Translations under genes and position numbers: made by a program
From: Candidatus Bathyarchaeia archaeon
Lineage (GTDB): Archaea; Thermoproteota; CALKCG01; B24
Direction: 5' to 3'
Length of the DNA stretch: 64,000 nt
Assembly: GCA_038870975.1 (NCBI GenBank)
Contig: JAVZJD010000002.1
Location: 288,001 to 352,000, forward strand
Part shown: positions 9,894 through 20,379 of the stretch, in pieces
How the letters are laid out: each line of letters opens with the position of its first letter
Position numbering within the stretch: the first letter of the stretch is position 1
Notes under the pieces: model-generated
Database searches by the model: none
What the model was told of the DNA's origin: nothing
What the model saw: only the letters and a program-made list of their open reading frames with translations

Positions 9894-10732
9894 TTTAGAT
9901 CAACCATGATACTCCTCATCTTAACAGCATCTAGGTCTAGAATTGGAGATTCACTTATCACTACTGGTTTATATCCGTTTTCAACAACTACTTCAGCCAA
10001 GGTTTTGAAGTCTGGGCTAAACGGCTCATCTAAAGTCCTATGTTTAACCTCTCCTCTGTCACTATACTCAACTTTTGTAAAGTGGAAGTGAAGCTTCTCA
10101 ATACCTCTGGAACCGAGAGTTTTTTCAATTTTTTCAAAGACCCTTAAATAATCATCTTTAGAATGGAGGCAACCCCTGCATCTAGCATGGATATGAGCCC
10201 AATCTATCGTAGGATATACCAAGTCAAATCTTTCACACATAGCCAGAATTTCATCTAAACTGCCGACCTGGCTTAGTTTTCCCGTTGTTTCAGGGCGAAG
10301 ATAAACTTTAGACCTTTTGGTGTTCATGTTCTCGACTATCTGACCCAGTGCTTTTAGACAAGTTTCAAAAGCCTCCCTAGGTGAGCCTTTTCCATAGAAT
10401 CCAGGGTGGAAGACAACGCTTTCAGCTCCAAGCCACTCAGCAGCCTCCAAGCAAACTTTAATCCTTTCAATGCTTTTCTCTACAACACTTTCATCTCCTG
10501 CAAGGTTGATGAAGTAAGACCCATGCATTGTAACCCAAATGTCGTTCTTCAACGCTTCAGATTTAAACTTCTCAGCAAGCTCACGTTTAATTTGAGGTTT
10601 AATCCCCCAGCGTACAGCCTGATATTCAAAAGCATCCAACTCTTCGTTCTTAAGATACTGTGGCACAAGCGTAAGTGGCCCGTTATATCCCACTGGGAGT
10701 CCAGCAGGTCCAAATCTGATTCTATCTGCCAA
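9875..10732 (-). CDS. nfo: Endonuclease IV / AP endonuclease family 2 (TIM barrel)
   Basis: FGPAG, HGSYFINL, FHPGFY, PETTGK, DWAHIHAR, ISESP. Confidence 0.9.
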   Translation of the reverse strand: MADRIRFGPAGLPVGYNGPLTLVPQYLKNEELDAFEYQAVRWGIKPQIKRELAEKFKSEALKNDIWVTMHGSYFINLAGDESVVEKSIERIKVCLEAAEWLGAESVVFHPGFYGKGSPREAFETCLKALGQIVENMNTKRSKVYLRPETTGKLSQVGSLDEILAMCERFDLVYPTIDWAHIHARCRGCLHSKDDYLRVFEKIEKTLGSRGIEKLHFHFTKVEYSDRGEVKHRTLDEPFSPDFKTLAEVVVENGYKPVVISESPILDLDAVKMRSIMVDLKWKKKE

Positions 10733-10835
10733 GAAAACACCTGTGATGAATAATAAGATTTATGAATTTAATTAAATTTTCGTATAGGAGGAAAAGGTAA
10801 TTAAGTGGATTTCGATAATTTAACTCGGTTAAAAA

Positions 10836-11039
10836 ATGCCTAAGTATTGTCCTGAATGTGGTGGTGAACTGTTCTACGACCCATCTACGAAATGCTACAT
10901 GTGTAAGAGCTGTGGTGCTACGTATAATCAACAGGAGCTAGTAGACGCATGGAAAAAGACGAGAAAACATTTAGATGAAGAAGACGACAGGAAAAAACTT
11001 CGAAAGGAATATTTAAGATGGTGGCTTTCGAGGAAGTGA
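10836..11039 (+). CDS. Small Zn-ribbon protein
   Basis: CPECGG..CKSCG; basic C-terminus. Confidence 0.8.
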   Translation: MPKYCPECGGELFYDPSTKCYMCKSCGATYNQQELVDAWKKTRKHLDEEDDRKKLRKEYLRWWLSRK

Positions 11040-11347
11040 TCTTAATTTTCCTCCCTAGCTCCGTATGGAACTACTGATGCTATTACGGCTACCCCTAGGC
11101 CTATCATAATTTCTCCACATTGTATCCATGGTATTCCCAGCTTCTCAAAAACCATTCAAATTAAATGGATTAACCTTGAAGTTAAACTTGAAAAATCGTA
11201 GAAGTTATTTTGTGGCTTGGCGTAGGAATCATCTTTCTTTATCCCCCTTTAACGTCCAATATCTTTAAGCATAATCCATTTATTCTTGTCAAGTTCATAC
11301 TTTTAAGTGTATTAAACCCATTTTCAAGCTAGTGAATATCGTATAGG

Positions 11348-12196
11348 GTGACTGATATGGCTGATCAGCTTAAATTTGAAATATTGACCATAGGGAATGA
11401 ATTGCTTATAGGTAAAATTCTGAATACAAATGCCCAGTGGCTTAGTAGACGTATAACAAGTTTAGGTGGGCGGGTTACTAGGATAATTACGATAGGAGAT
11501 GATGTCAATGAAATATCGACGACTATAAGAGACTGCTTATCTAGAAAACCGGACTTCATAATAACTGTAGGTGGATTGGGGCCGACGTTTGATGATAAAA
11601 CTCTTGAAGGAGTTGCATATGCAGTGAATGTGAAGCTTGAAGTCAATGAGGAAGCTTTGAAAATGGTTAAGATGAAATACGAGAGTTTGGGGAGAGCGAG
11701 AGGTGAAAAAATCGAACTTACACCCCCTAGGATTAAGATGGCTACTCTACCTAGGAGTGCTAAACCTTTAAGAAATCCAGTTGGAACAGCTCCAGGCGTT
11801 TTACTGGAAGCCGATGGCGTAACGATTATATGTCTACCCGGCGTTCCTGAGGAGATGAAGGCTATATTCGAAGACTCCATAAGCCCAATTATCCGAGGGA
11901 GGTCTAAACTCGTCTTCTGCGAGAAAAGTTTAAGACTTGAGGGGATATACGAGTCCGACCTTGCACCTATAATAGACCAAGTTCTAAAGATGAACCCTAA
12001 GGTCTATATTAAGTCGCATCCAAAGAGGGAAGAGGGGGGAGCTTACATAGAGTTGCACTTTTCAACGTCTGATGAAAGCCTTGATAAATGCCTCAGACTT
12101 ATAGAACTCTCAGCGTCAGAAATCAAGAGACATGTAGTTGAACGGGGGGGTAAAGTTACTGAAATATCGGCTGAGGGAAATGTTAGCCTACAATAG
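11348..12196 (+). CDS. CinA-like molybdopterin-binding domain protein (COG1058)
   Basis: IGNELLIG..NTNAQWL..GGLGPTFDDKT..NPVGTAPG..LPGVPEEM..YIKSHP. Confidence 0.9.
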   Translation: MTDMADQLKFEILTIGNELLIGKILNTNAQWLSRRITSLGGRVTRIITIGDDVNEISTTIRDCLSRKPDFIITVGGLGPTFDDKTLEGVAYAVNVKLEVNEEALKMVKMKYESLGRARGEKIELTPPRIKMATLPRSAKPLRNPVGTAPGVLLEADGVTIICLPGVPEEMKAIFEDSISPIIRGRSKLVFCEKSLRLEGIYESDLAPIIDQVLKMNPKVYIKSHPKREEGGAYIELHFSTSDESLDKCLRLIELSASEIKRHVVERGGKVTEISAEGNVSLQ

Positions 12197-13760
12197 CTGT
12201 AACCAAGCCGATCCCCCTAGTTCTACCTTCCCTAAAGACGAACCAATCTCCAGCTCTAATATGGACTGGTCTATATTTGAAGCTGAATTTTACATAAGAT
12301 GTTACACCTGTTCTTAATGGTTCACGGCTAGACTCTATGAGTTCAGCCGTCTGTCTTATCGTATGAATATGTATCACGGCGTTGTATCCTCTCCATATAG
12401 TTGTGGGGTGGTGTAAGATTGTTACTTTAGCTTCAAAAATCCTGACGGGCCTTAAAACCTCAGACTTATCGAGAATACACATACCCTTTAAGACTTCATC
12501 GTATTCTATACTCGATAAGGCTAAACAGACATTTTGACCTGGGAAAACCCTTTGAACGGGTGTTCTGTGTAGGTGTATGGATTTAATCTTTACGAGTCTA
12601 GAGCTCCCATCATCGAATGGACCTATTTGAACGTAGTCGTCGACGCCTATACTACCCTGGAGGACAACGCCACTTACGACAACACCTACGCCTTTAACGT
12701 TAAACTTATCCTCTACGTACATCATAAATGGTTTATCTAACTTCTCCTCCCATCTCATCCTCGGAGGAAGCAGGTTTAAGAACAACTTCAACAGGTTTAA
12801 GCCTTCACCAGTCTTATTTGAAACGAGGAATACCGGGGTTACCCTCCCAGACTGTATTGTTTTAACTGCTACAGATATGTCGTCCACCCCTCGAATCATT
12901 AATGGGATCTTGTCTACGCCAGGCATTTTCAAAAGTTTGAATACATCGTTTAAAACTTGTTCGATTTTCTCACTGCTTACCATGTCGATTTTAGTAATTA
13001 TCATTATTATGGGGATTTTTAAAGCGGTAGCTATTCCTAAGTGTTCCTTCGTAGTGCCTATAACGCCTGCGTTAGCACCTACGAGTAGTAAAGCGTAGTC
13101 CGGTGTCCTCCCCATTATCCCTTTAAGTGTCGTTCGTAGATATTTCTCATGACCCCCAAGGTCTATTAGATTTATAATCTTAGAACTCTTCAAGAAGACT
13201 TGAGACTCATCTAAAGGTGAAGTAAGGCTATGATTCACTACATCTCCATCCTCCGAGAAACCGATTGGATGAATCGATATGGAGGATGTCCTACCAGTTT
13301 TAATTTCGTGTATGTACCTGGCGACTTTCCTCATAGCTAGACCTCTACCATCATCCATTTCACCAGTCGACAATACACCAACGAGGCTGGATTTGCCTGC
13401 GTCAACATTTCCGAGCAACGGAATCTCCAGAAATATTGGAAGATTGCCCTCCCTAGAAACTCTAATGTGGACTTCAGCTATTTTACCTACTCTACCTGTT
13501 CCAATCCTTAGAAGTCTACATTTAGCCCCCACTAGTTTTGCAGCTTTCTCCAGAACGTTTAGGGAGAGTTCGAGTTCTCTGTCGTCGAGGCCTATAAGAT
13601 CCCCGTCATCTGAAACGCCTATTTCGTAAAATGCTTCACCACCACCTTCATTAAGTCTATAACGCATTTGGGTAGCCAGGTGTTCAATGGTCTTCTGATC
13701 ATCCCTTAAAAGAACGAGTTTATACTCTATGTTGCCATCGTCTTTCTCAGCTTCGTTTAA
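12183..13760 (-). CDS. Archaeal GTPBP1/2-family translational GTPase (start uncertain)
   Basis: GNVDAGKSS, HEIKTGRTSSI, DLGGHEKY, TKID, LHHPTTI; frame stays open upstream of ATG 13667 with the family motif EKDDGNIEYKL. Confidence 0.9.
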   Translation of the reverse strand, partial: LNEAEKDDGNIEYKLVLLRDDQKTIEHLATQMRYRLNEGGGEAFYEIGVSDDGDLIGLDDRELELSLNVLEKAAKLVGAKCRLLRIGTGRVGKIAEVHIRVSREGNLPIFLEIPLLGNVDAGKSSLVGVLSTGEMDDGRGLAMRKVARYIHEIKTGRTSSISIHPIGFSEDGDVVNHSLTSPLDESQVFLKSSKIINLIDLGGHEKYLRTTLKGIMGRTPDYALLLVGANAGVIGTTKEHLGIATALKIPIIMIITKIDMVSSEKIEQVLNDVFKLLKMPGVDKIPLMIRGVDDISVAVKTIQSGRVTPVFLVSNKTGEGLNLLKLFLNLLPPRMRWEEKLDKPFMMYVEDKFNVKGVGVVVSGVVLQGSIGVDDYVQIGPFDDGSSRLVKIKSIHLHRTPVQRVFPGQNVCLALSSIEYDEVLKGMCILDKSEVLRPVRIFEAKVTILHHPTTIWRGYNAVIHIHTIRQTAELIESSREPLRTGVTSYVKFSFKYRPVHIRAGDWFVFREGRTRGIGLVTAIVG

Positions 13761-13862
13761 TCCACCCCTAAATTGTAGACACCTCTCAAACGTAAATCTT
13801 TAACAGGTCGGATTTAAACATTTTATCTAGGTTTACTCTTAGAGCATTTAGAGGGGGTTTTT

Positions 13863-14624
13863 CTGTATACGACGTACATATTAGGTACTGCTGGTTCAGG
13901 AAAATCTCAGCTGACGCAAGCCCTAGTAGACTTTCTAAGGGCTAAAGATCAGAGTGTAGCGTCCATAAATCTAGACCCGGGTGTTATAGACCTACCCTAC
14001 GTTCCAGATGTAGACGTTAGAGATTACATAGATGTATATGATATCATGGAAAGGTATGGACTTGGACCTAATGGAGCTTTAATACTCGCAGCAGACATGA
14101 TAGCTACTCACATAGATGACTTGAGAAGGGATGTTGAAGACTTAAAAGTCGACTATTTGATAGTAGATACGCCTGGGCAACTTGAACTATTCGCCTTTAG
14201 AGCAAGTGGCCCTTTAATAGCTTCAACGCTTACAGATGGCTCTAAAGCCATAGTGTACCTTTTTGAGTCGACGTTTTCAAGTGACCCATTTAACTACATG
14301 TCGAACATGTTTCTATCTGCGGCAATCTACTCTAGGTTTCTCCTGCCTCAAATCCATGTGATATCAAAGATAGACCTCGTGTCTAATGAAACTGTGGAGG
14401 AAATGATTTCATGGTATGAGGATGAAGAGGCTTTAGAGAATGCTATCGAAGGCAGGTTGACGGGTGAACGCTACATTTTCACAAGACGACTCAGCTCGTC
14501 GCTGAAAGACTTATGCTCAGTATCCGCGTTAATACCAGTATCATCCAAGACTGGCTTAGGACTTACAGAGCTTTCAGCCGCTTTAACGAGAATATTTACT
14601 GGTGGAGAAGAACTTCTAATTTAA
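13863..14624 (+). CDS. GPN-loop GTPase (probable CTG start)
   Basis: Upstream of ORF-track ATG the frame reads LYTTYILGTAGSGKS..NLDPG..DVRDY, then GLGPNG and DTPGQLELF; CTG 13863 follows GAGGGGG. Confidence 0.92.
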   Translation: MYTTYILGTAGSGKSQLTQALVDFLRAKDQSVASINLDPGVIDLPYVPDVDVRDYIDVYDIMERYGLGPNGALILAADMIATHIDDLRRDVEDLKVDYLIVDTPGQLELFAFRASGPLIASTLTDGSKAIVYLFESTFSSDPFNYMSNMFLSAAIYSRFLLPQIHVISKIDLVSNETVEEMISWYEDEEALENAIEGRLTGERYIFTRRLSSSLKDLCSVSALIPVSSKTGLGLTELSAALTRIFTGGEELLI

Positions 14625-14683
14625 GCTTTAGAGCCCAAGTGATTTTTAACCTTTATCTTTCCCTTAGGGATATTTTCACTATA

Positions 14684-15286
14684 ATGCGTGGGATTAGTTT
14701 GAAAGATGGAAAATGGTTCAAAGAAACACTGCTTCTATACGCTTTAAGCCGTTTTGAACCATTAGGTAGGAAAACATTAACAAGAATACTTAGAGTTAAT
14801 GAAGGGACTGTTAGAGGGCTACTTAATGGATTGAAAGAACATGGCTACATATGTGTGGATAAAACTGGAGTTAGAATAACGCCGGAGGGAGGTGTAGAAC
14901 TTAAAGAGAGGCTGGAAAGAATGCATATAAAGAGCGTGAAGGATTTCCCACAAGAAGGGCTTAAAATAGGTCCAAGTTCAGTAGCAGTTTTAATATGTGG
15001 CGTTACACGTAGAGAAACACTGGGTTTAGAAGAGAGGGATCAAGCTGTTAGAGCTGGTGCAATTGGAGCCGTCACAATAACGTATTACAACAGTGTATAT
15101 ACCATGCCTGGGGTATATGGAAATCTTGAAGTCGAGGCCCCAGAATGGTATAGAGCCGTTTCAAACACGTTTAAACCTGAGGATGGGTCTTACATAGTAG
15201 TGGTTTTTGGAGAAAACCACTGGGTTGCAGTTGAAGCTGCTTTCTCAGTAGCCGTTAAAATATTGACCACTCAAAACTTACCATAG
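14684..15286 (+). CDS. Winged-HTH regulator-like protein (DUF4443-like)
   Basis: PLGRKTL..L..EGTVRGLL..L; GLEERDQAVRAGAIGA motif. Confidence 0.75.
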   Translation: MRGISLKDGKWFKETLLLYALSRFEPLGRKTLTRILRVNEGTVRGLLNGLKEHGYICVDKTGVRITPEGGVELKERLERMHIKSVKDFPQEGLKIGPSSVAVLICGVTRRETLGLEERDQAVRAGAIGAVTITYYNSVYTMPGVYGNLEVEAPEWYRAVSNTFKPEDGSYIVVVFGENHWVAVEAAFSVAVKILTTQNLP

Positions 15287-15351
15287 ACTCGATTAGAGTA
15301 CTTACTTCTACGGTATAGTAGAACTAAAATTAAAAGGGGGGAAATTATTTA

Positions 15352-16179
15352 GTGAGTAGAATGCTCCAAAAAGCCGTTCTTCTCGGTAGGTCTGATAGCT
15401 CTGAGGCATTGACGCTAATAGGTGAGCTTAGGCAGAGGCTTGTAGAATTAGGCTTAAGTGTTGAAGTGGAAGAGAGTGTAGCTTCAAAGCTTGGATTACA
15501 AGGGAGGCCTATAGGAGAGCTGGACGGCGATTTCGCTGTCGTAGTAGGTGGGGATGGTACGATTCTTAGAGCTGTACACGGCTTAAGACGAGATATTCCT
15601 CTATTGACTGTGAGATTGGGTAGAGTTGGATTTCTCGCTGAAGTTGAAAAAGAAGAAGTTTCTGAGGCATTAAGCCGGTTTATTTCTGGAGATTTTATGA
15701 TTGAAGAGTGTTCTACCCTTACCAATGATAAGAATCTACCTGAAGCATTAAATGAAATCATGGTGGGTGCTGAGCTACCACTTAAAACGATTGATGTTGA
15801 GGTTTACGTAGATGGGTGGCTTATAGCTAGGGATAGGGTTGATGCGATTATAGTTTCGACAACAACTGGCGCTACTGGATACTCTCTAAGTGCCGGGGGA
15901 TGTCTTGTTGACAGTAGGGTTAAAGCAATTATGCTTGTTCCAGTGTGTCCACTTTCAACAAACTTTAAACCCTACGTCTTACCGGAGGACTCTGAAGTAC
16001 GGGTGGATGTAGCTACGGGAGATAGTATCGTTGTTCTAGTGGATGGGCAAATTATGAGTCGATATAAACCACCGTTTAACATAATTATTAGAAAGGGTAA
16101 ACGCACCGTTAAATTCGTAAGGTTTGAGTCAAACTTCTACAAGAGAATCAGAAGGAGACTTGAATTAAGCTCTATCTAG
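15352..16179 (+). CDS. nadK: NAD(+) kinase
   Basis: GGDGTILR, GRVGFL, ALNE, STTTGATGYSLSAGG. Confidence 0.94.
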   Translation: MSRMLQKAVLLGRSDSSEALTLIGELRQRLVELGLSVEVEESVASKLGLQGRPIGELDGDFAVVVGGDGTILRAVHGLRRDIPLLTVRLGRVGFLAEVEKEEVSEALSRFISGDFMIEECSTLTNDKNLPEALNEIMVGAELPLKTIDVEVYVDGWLIARDRVDAIIVSTTTGATGYSLSAGGCLVDSRVKAIMLVPVCPLSTNFKPYVLPEDSEVRVDVATGDSIVVLVDGQIMSRYKPPFNIIIRKGKRTVKFVRFESNFYKRIRRRLELSSI

Positions 16180-17442
16180 CTACTGACTGTACTTAAGAAT
16201 GGCTGCAACGCCTCCAAAGCTTTTCAGAAGCATTTCACCTTCCTCTGTTTTCGAAGAGATTACTTCCACTTTAACGCCAAAGTTTTCAGCCATATCAATA
16301 AGTTCATCTATTAAGTCTCTACGGTCTTTGACTCTAAATGTTTGGAGGCCGCATTTTACACATTTACGTGTTGCAAGCTCATTCTCAAGCATAGGTATAT
16401 CTATCGGTTGAACTGTAACCCATTCAGAGTATCCGCAGTTTGAACACTCAATTTGAACCCTCTGAGTCTGTAGATCCTCAGATATAAGTAGAACGTCTAT
16501 AGTGCCTTTTTCAAGATGGCGTTTCACGTCTTTCTCACCGTATGCTGCTAATCCTGTGTCTTTAGATACTTGGTCTAGAAAACTTTGAACAAGCTTCTTC
16601 TCTTCTATTCTTCTAACCTCCTTCAGAGCATCTGAAACTCTGTCGATTATATCTCTTAAACCAGACTCGTCTGCATAAGCCGTGTCTACGACGGCAATCA
16701 CTTTCTTCTTAAGCATGTAATTCATGTAATCTCCCTCTAGAAAGTCTCTCTTAGTCGGGCCTGGACCTCCTACTATTATCCCTCTTAATTCATTCAAGTT
16801 TAAGAATAGCGAGTCCGCATGTTTACCAGCTCTTCTAAAGAAATCGTTGAGCTCCATTTCTCTAAGCCTCTCAAATCGCCTAGCCGATTGACCACCAGCT
16901 CTATGTTTACCTGGTATTCCAGAGGTTATTTCCTGCAGAACCTCGAGGCGGTTGCCAGCTAAAGTTGCAAATGTCGCCCTACTTGAATCGATAAGTATTA
17001 TTCCGTAAACCTCCTTCTCTCTAAGCATTTCTAACAGAGGCTCCACGTAAAATTTAGAACCGCAACCATAATAATATACGTCTACTGGCTCAGGAGGGAT
17101 TATCACGTAGGTCTCCATTCTTTCAGACCCTGGACCATTCTGCGGAATTGCTCCGCAGAAAATTATCAACCCATTTGGAGGAGTCTGTTTAAACAGCCTG
17201 AGCCTCTGCATAACCCTCTCTAAAGCCGATTGAACATTTTTACGAGTCCTATCAGATTTTATATTCATAGCCGTACTGTACTCTTGTCTAAGATTATTCA
17301 TAACATCAGATATAGGTCTACCTGAAGGCACGTAGAGTGAAACTAGCTCCGTACCCCTACCCTCCTTAGACGCAAGCAATTTAATCGTCTTCCTAAGTTT
17401 GTAAAGCTCAACAGAGCTATACTTGTCTCTAACTCTAGCCAT
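16180..17442 (-). CDS. prf1: Peptide chain release factor aRF1
   Basis: GRGTELVSLY, NIKS, GGQSARRF, FGGVAAILKY. Confidence 0.97.
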   Translation of the reverse strand: MARVRDKYSSVELYKLRKTIKLLASKEGRGTELVSLYVPSGRPISDVMNNLRQEYSTAMNIKSDRTRKNVQSALERVMQRLRLFKQTPPNGLIIFCGAIPQNGPGSERMETYVIIPPEPVDVYYYGCGSKFYVEPLLEMLREKEVYGIILIDSSRATFATLAGNRLEVLQEITSGIPGKHRAGGQSARRFERLREMELNDFFRRAGKHADSLFLNLNELRGIIVGGPGPTKRDFLEGDYMNYMLKKKVIAVVDTAYADESGLRDIIDRVSDALKEVRRIEEKKLVQSFLDQVSKDTGLAAYGEKDVKRHLEKGTIDVLLISEDLQTQRVQIECSNCGYSEWVTVQPIDIPMLENELATRKCVKCGLQTFRVKDRRDLIDELIDMAENFGVKVEVISSKTEEGEMLLKSFGGVAAILKYSQ

Positions 17443-17703
17443 GACCCGCTAGATACAAGAAGGCAAGAGTTATTTAAACCCTATTTATAAAATCTACTAC
17501 ATCGTCTAGTGTCTTCACTCATTACATTGGACTTTTTACCATAAGGATCCTTCGTGAAAACATGTACGTCGTACTTTTACAAGCTTTACTTCTCTCAAAC
17601 TCTTCTGAGAATAAACTAAAATTCCAAAACGCTTCTATAGACGACGAGAAAGACACAACTAAAGCTTTAAATGATGAAAAATCGTAGTAATAGCGGAAGA
17701 TAG

Positions 17704-17788
17704 GCGGGGGTAGCCAAGCCTGGTCTAAGGCGCAGGGCTTAGGACCCTGTGGGGTAGCCCTTCGTGGGTTCAAATCCCACCCCCCGCA
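17704..17788 (+). tRNA. tRNA-Leu(TAG)
   Basis: Acceptor GCGGGGG/CCCCCGC, anticodon arm CAGGG-CT TAG GA-CCCTG, long variable arm, GGTTCAAATCC T-loop; CCA not encoded. Confidence 0.96.
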
Positions 17789-18389
17789 CTACTCGAAAAT
17801 AACAGAAATCCTTATTTTTAGGATTTTCATTAAATAATCCCAAATTATCCAGTTTTTAACATTGCTTTCATTTCGGAAGAAAGTTTAAATTCTCGATTTT
17901 CATTTTTCTGCAAAACTTCTACTATTCTTCTTTTTCCGTAAATTATAAAAACTGAAGTAGAAGACTCAGTAAATTGCAGAAGCTGTTGGCGAAAGTAATT
18001 ATTGTTTATGGGTCAAGATATAGTACACACTAAGCGTGTAGTGGGTGCAATCGTAGATAGTATTGAAGAACTTGGAGGTGTAGAAATTTCCATTAACAAG
18101 CTTAAGGAAGTAGGCCTTGACACACTTACCAAAATTAGAAATCATTAAATGAAAAACGGTTGCTTTATATGCAACTACTTCAACAGCCCTCAAGATAATA
18201 ACCAATATAAAACTCAAACTTGCAAGTGTATATGTTGTGTAGGTTGAGTATATGGATGTACTGTCGATTTCTTTATTTTTGAGGAACATCTATTCTCTTT
18301 TCTCGACGAACTGCAGAATAGTGAAAACACTATGGAGAAGTTTGATTCTATAAAAGATTTAAAATAGATACAAATGAAATGCCTTATAC

Positions 18390-18938
18390 CTACTGCTTTA
18401 CGTTTATTTTTCTACGTTTCATGAGAAGATCCGAAAGAACATCGTAAGCTATGAGTATTATGAGGAATACTGCGATGCTTAATCTAACCCACATCTCTTG
18501 GAAAATCATCGGTATGAATCCTACAAATCTGACCCAGAAGAATACTTTCCCAACCACATATCTTGCGTCGAAGTCTTTCTCCCAATACCAAGATGAAAGA
18601 TTGTTATCGCCCTTTGTCGTCACTAAAATCCTCCCATTAACCCTCTTCAAGTCGATAATCCTGTGGACTATGTATTCGCCTTTACCAACGGGTTTTACGA
18701 AGACTATTATATCTCCCTTTTTTAACTCCTCTGGTTTGACGCCTCTTACGAAGAGTAGATCTCCCACTTTTAACGTCGGATACATACTACCCGATGCTAC
18801 GTAAACAATTGGGTTCTCTGTAAGGAAGACGTATTTGGCGAGAGTCCATAACGAGTAAACACTAAGGAATATTAAAACAGCTAATATGACAAGCTTAATC
18901 GAGGGGTCTAACATTTTAATCTTGTCTTTAAGCTTCAA
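18390..18938 (-). CDS. Signal peptidase I (Sec11-type)
   Basis: VASGSMYPTL..GDL, GDIIVF, IVHR, TKGDNN. Confidence 0.93.
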   Translation of the reverse strand: MKLKDKIKMLDPSIKLVILAVLIFLSVYSLWTLAKYVFLTENPIVYVASGSMYPTLKVGDLLFVRGVKPEELKKGDIIVFVKPVGKGEYIVHRIIDLKRVNGRILVTTKGDNNLSSWYWEKDFDARYVVGKVFFWVRFVGFIPMIFQEMWVRLSIAVFLIILIAYDVLSDLLMKRRKINVKQ

Positions 18939-19134
18939 CCTTCAACTGAAGATACCTAGTGAGGATATATAAAACTATAGATGCGAGGGCTGGTATGTGA
19001 ATACAGAAAAGCTCAAACGACTCATCAAGTATTCGGAACCCAGTAATCCTAGTGGCAATGAAGAACAGCGATAATAACGTTAAAGTTACCGTGGAAAACT
19101 TTAAAGTTTTAGAATTTTCACTCGACATACTCAT
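18928..19134 (-). CDS. Small two-TM membrane protein
   Basis: Two hydrophobic helices; lies between rpoK and signal peptidase in one apparent operon. Confidence 0.55.
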   Translation of the reverse strand: MSMSSENSKTLKFSTVTLTLLSLFFIATRITGFRILDESFELFCIHIPALASIVLYILTRYLQLKVEA

Positions 19135-19150
19135 GTACCTTCTCAGGTTT

Positions 19151-19360
19151 TTACAGAAGCCACTTCAGCGGAATGTCCTGGTAAGTTCCGTCTGGAAGCC
19201 TCCTACGGACTGTTATAGGTAGAACACCCTTCTCCAATTCGTAGAGAGCTATTTCCACTGGGTCTTTAATATTCTCTGGAAGCTTTACGAGAATAGGAGC
19301 ACCCATAGATATTTGAAGAGCTCTAGCTCCAACAATCCTAGCCCTTTCATACTTAGTCAA
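19151..19360 (-). CDS. rpoK: RNA polymerase subunit Rpo6/K (frame probably extends 5' of the TTG)
   Basis: [28 protein letters not shown]; in-frame upstream VSIGPPRL. Confidence 0.95.
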   Translation of the reverse strand: MTKYERARIVGARALQISMGAPILVKLPENIKDPVEIALYELEKGVLPITVRRRLPDGTYQDIPLKWLL

Positions 19361-19880
19361 CCTAGGAGGACCGATTGAAACCTTTCCCGAGGGTTTTGAA
19401 AAACCCTCTTCACTTTTCTCAACAACTGTCCTATTGATTCCCCCCTTAGGTCTACCGTCAAAGTAGCTTATCTTAAAAGCGATATGGAAACGCTATAAAG
19501 ACCCATATAAATCTTTTCATTTTTCAGCAAACCTTTACATTTTAACGAGCCCTCTTTTTGGAAACGATTACTTCGTTAAAAGTCATGGAATAGTTCTCCT
19601 ATGAATACATCAGACTTAGAGAACCGAGGACGGTAGGCTTGGATAATATACCGTTGGTTTTCAATTTCCTAGCTATTCAAAGTTTGCCTAAAGTCCCTTC
19701 CACGTAGACACTACACATAGAAGCGTTTGATTAGAAAACCTAAGACGGTTTTTGGCTTCGGTCTGTACTTTCTCCATCTAATTTCCATAGATTTATGAGT
19801 TTTTGACCAACCCTTCCCCCCTTAACCTTCATGCTTTGCTTTCTCCCAGCCACATCTTCGTTAGTGTCTTAGATACCTCA

Positions 19881-20279
19881 CGGGCAAGCAGGGCTAAAGC
19901 CTTCTACAGTCTTAGGCTTTGGAGGAATAATTGTTATTCCTGGGCTTCGCTCCAAAGAGGAGTAGAGTAGGCCGTTCAAGTAGCGGATGGCTTCGACGGT
20001 CTTACCATAGATGAGAAGGAGCTTACAAATTTGGAAAACTCCCTCCTAAACCCTTCTGTAGGGATTGCGAATTGTGTATGCCGTGCTCTGAGGGTATCGA
20101 TATACCTACGATCCTGAGGCGGGACGTTTATCGCACTTTTTACGGTATAAAGAGGCGGACTAGGGATCAGTACCAGAAGTTACGGACAAAGGTAGAGGAT
20201 TGTACTGAATGTGAGAAAAGTTCTATATCGTCTCCCGGTCATCCATATGCTAAAAGAAGCAGATAGGAGACTAGGATAG
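19881..20279 (+). pseudogene. 3' remnant of aldo/keto reductase with 4Fe-4S dicluster domain
   Basis: Fragments across frames: VIPGLRSKEE / AVQVADGFDGLTIDEKE / YKFGKLPPKPFCRDCELCMPCSEGIDIPTILR..CTECEK / YRLPVIHMLKEADRRLG*. Confidence 0.7.
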
Positions 20280-20379
20280 GTTATTCAAGTAGAAGCCATA
20301 CCTAGGACTTTAATTTCCAAACTTTTTATCTACTATTGAGTCATATAAGGAGTAGGAGAGGCTTTTTTCATAGATTACG

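Noticed and set aside
11042-11155. 37-aa minus-strand hydrophobic ORF (MVFEKLGIPWIQ..)
   Set aside because: No SD or recognisable homology; too short to support
17522-17773. 83-aa minus-strand ORF
   Set aside because: Overlaps tRNA-Leu and its promoter
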